Below are positions 62,444 through 64,000 of a DNA stretch of 64,000 nucleotides, piece after piece. Source of the DNA: Mustelus asterias (Eukaryota); NCBI RefSeq assembly GCF_964213995.1, contig NC_135804.1:59768001-59832000 (forward strand), given 5' to 3'. Position numbers and translations under genes: made by a program. Position 1 is the first letter of the stretch. Each line of letters opens with the position of its first letter. Under the pieces are notes generated by a model. That model saw nothing but the letters and a program-made list of their open reading frames with translations. It did no database searches and had not been told where the DNA came from.

Positions 62444-63664
62444 AGACAAAACAAATACATTTATTAAGTGGACTTAACCTGGTCTGACGTGATTATATTA
62501 AGTTTCCATTATATCAATCTTTCCTGGTGTTTCAACAAATTGCCTGTAAATGAATGAACGTACCAGTTCCTCGCTACGGTTCCCTCCTGTTAAACGCCCG
62601 TCATAACCTGGAAATAAGTGAAATCTCATGATATTGAAAGAAAAAGTTCTGAAGAAGAGTCTTGCGGACCCGAAATGTTAACTCTGTGTGCTTCGACACA
62701 GACGCTATCAGAAGTGTTGACTTTGTCCAGGATTTTCTGTTTTTCAACTCATTTTTCACATCAGAGATTGCAAAGATACGTCTATGGTCAGAAAAATGCC
62801 CAAGAGGATTTCCAATTTCGTAATGTGCGGAAAATAATTGAAATCCTTCCCAGCAGCAGGGTGCTTTAAAATATTTCGCGGAAACTACGGTAATATTTCG
62901 CATTGTACGAGAAGGCGGGCAAGTGTCGAACATCAGCAATGGTAATATTGCGTGACGGAGCAGGCCCGAGGAGCCATCTGGCCTGCTACTGCTCCTGTTT
63001 GTTTTGTAGCTCTGTGCACAACCGTTCCCGGACCAGAGCCACAGTTAAAGCTAATTGTGACTCCACCACGCAGAGGTTTGGAAACTAATTTTGTGTCAGA
63101 GCGCATTTCGTTCATCTGGTTCCAAAAGGAAATGTATTTGGAAACATCTGGATAACGGCTTTCATCTTTATTATATCTCTCTATGTCCTAAAACATATTT
63201 TCAACAATTAGTGCTTCCTCAACACCATACGACTCTTTCCAACTTTAACTCCGAACTGTTCTTCCTGTTGTGGTCCCTGGAAACTCTCAGTCGTCCCAAG
63301 GGTATGTACGAAAATCAAGTGTAATCTTACCTTCATTCTTTAGCATTTGTTGCCGCCTCGTAATGACGATCGCAAGCACGAGGAACGACAATCCAACCAA
63401 CGCGCACACTGGAATCGAATAAAGTAATTTCGGGATATTTTCTGCAAGATTAATTGTAACATGAGGTAATAGTGGATATTAAATCAACAAAATTAGGCTC
63501 CAATATAGTTTACTATTTAAACTATAGTGATGGTTGCACTAATCCCGCAGTGTTCAATGGAAGTAGAACGTTTGAATAAAAAGCTTGTTTGCAGCTAAGT
63601 ATCTGCTGTATCTTGTTCCTCGAACATTTCGCGCGTTATTGATTAATCTACGAAGACTAAAAGG

Positions 63665-63895
63665 CAGGAGTCACATGTAGGCCAGACCGGGAAAGGGTGA
63701 CTGATTTCCTTTCCGAAAAGTCATCAGAGAGCCAGATCGGTTTTTGCGTCTGAATTATAGTTTCATGACACATTACTAAAACGAATGTTTAGTTCAGTAT
63801 TTATTAATTGGTTTTAAATGTCATGATGTGATTTGAACCGATATCCTTACAGCTTTAGCCTGCACCCCTTGAGTAATAGGCTAGTGATATTAAAA
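63665..63895 (-). mobile_element. Deu-type SINE, partial
   Basis: GGAGTCACATGTAGGCCAGACCGGG..GATTTCCTT on + strand. Confidence 0.65.
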
Positions 63896-64000
63896 TCTCG
63901 CCAGCATCTTCCATTAGTAGAATGCCATTGGAGATAATCGGACAACAACCAAATGGTTCACTCTTAACTGTCGCCTGAAAGGGTCTAACAAGCTACTCCG

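Overview
Repeat-dense eukaryotic DNA, most likely from a cartilaginous fish (shark). This is inferred from V-SINE/HE1-like and Deu-type SINEs, abundant CR1 LINEs, and Rex1, Tx1, L2 and Penelope-like elements. (1) The one recognisable host gene is a + strand, non-rearranging antigen-receptor-like IgSF gene. Its phase-1 exons are leader (35911-35971), germline-joined VJ-type V domain (36172-36492), C1-set domain (37099-37410) and a TM exon with an intramembrane Arg (38713-38823). The only lesion I see is a TAG replacing the Tyr of the C1 'GFYP' motif. (2) A young endogenous retrovirus lies on the - strand (17512-26987), with ~98.5% identical LTRs, a 5-bp TSD GTGGC, a perfect tRNA-Pro PBS and a PPT. 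It appears mosaic: spuma/class III-like RT, CCHC gag, an in-frame RNaseH-integrase deletion, a 2.5-kb AT-rich unexplained block, a second divergent integrase tail, and a gamma-type env. (3) An old Gmr1-like Gypsy element (PRO-INT-RT-RNH order, ~4797-15285) hosts nested CR1, MITE and SINE insertions. (4) There are several Penelope-derived minimal hammerhead-ribozyme motifs and a perfect ~100-bp-arm palindrome at 39881-40089. Most short ORFs in the supplied track are spurious or TE-derived. Coordinates and identities were read by eye; family names come from motif recognition, not database searches.
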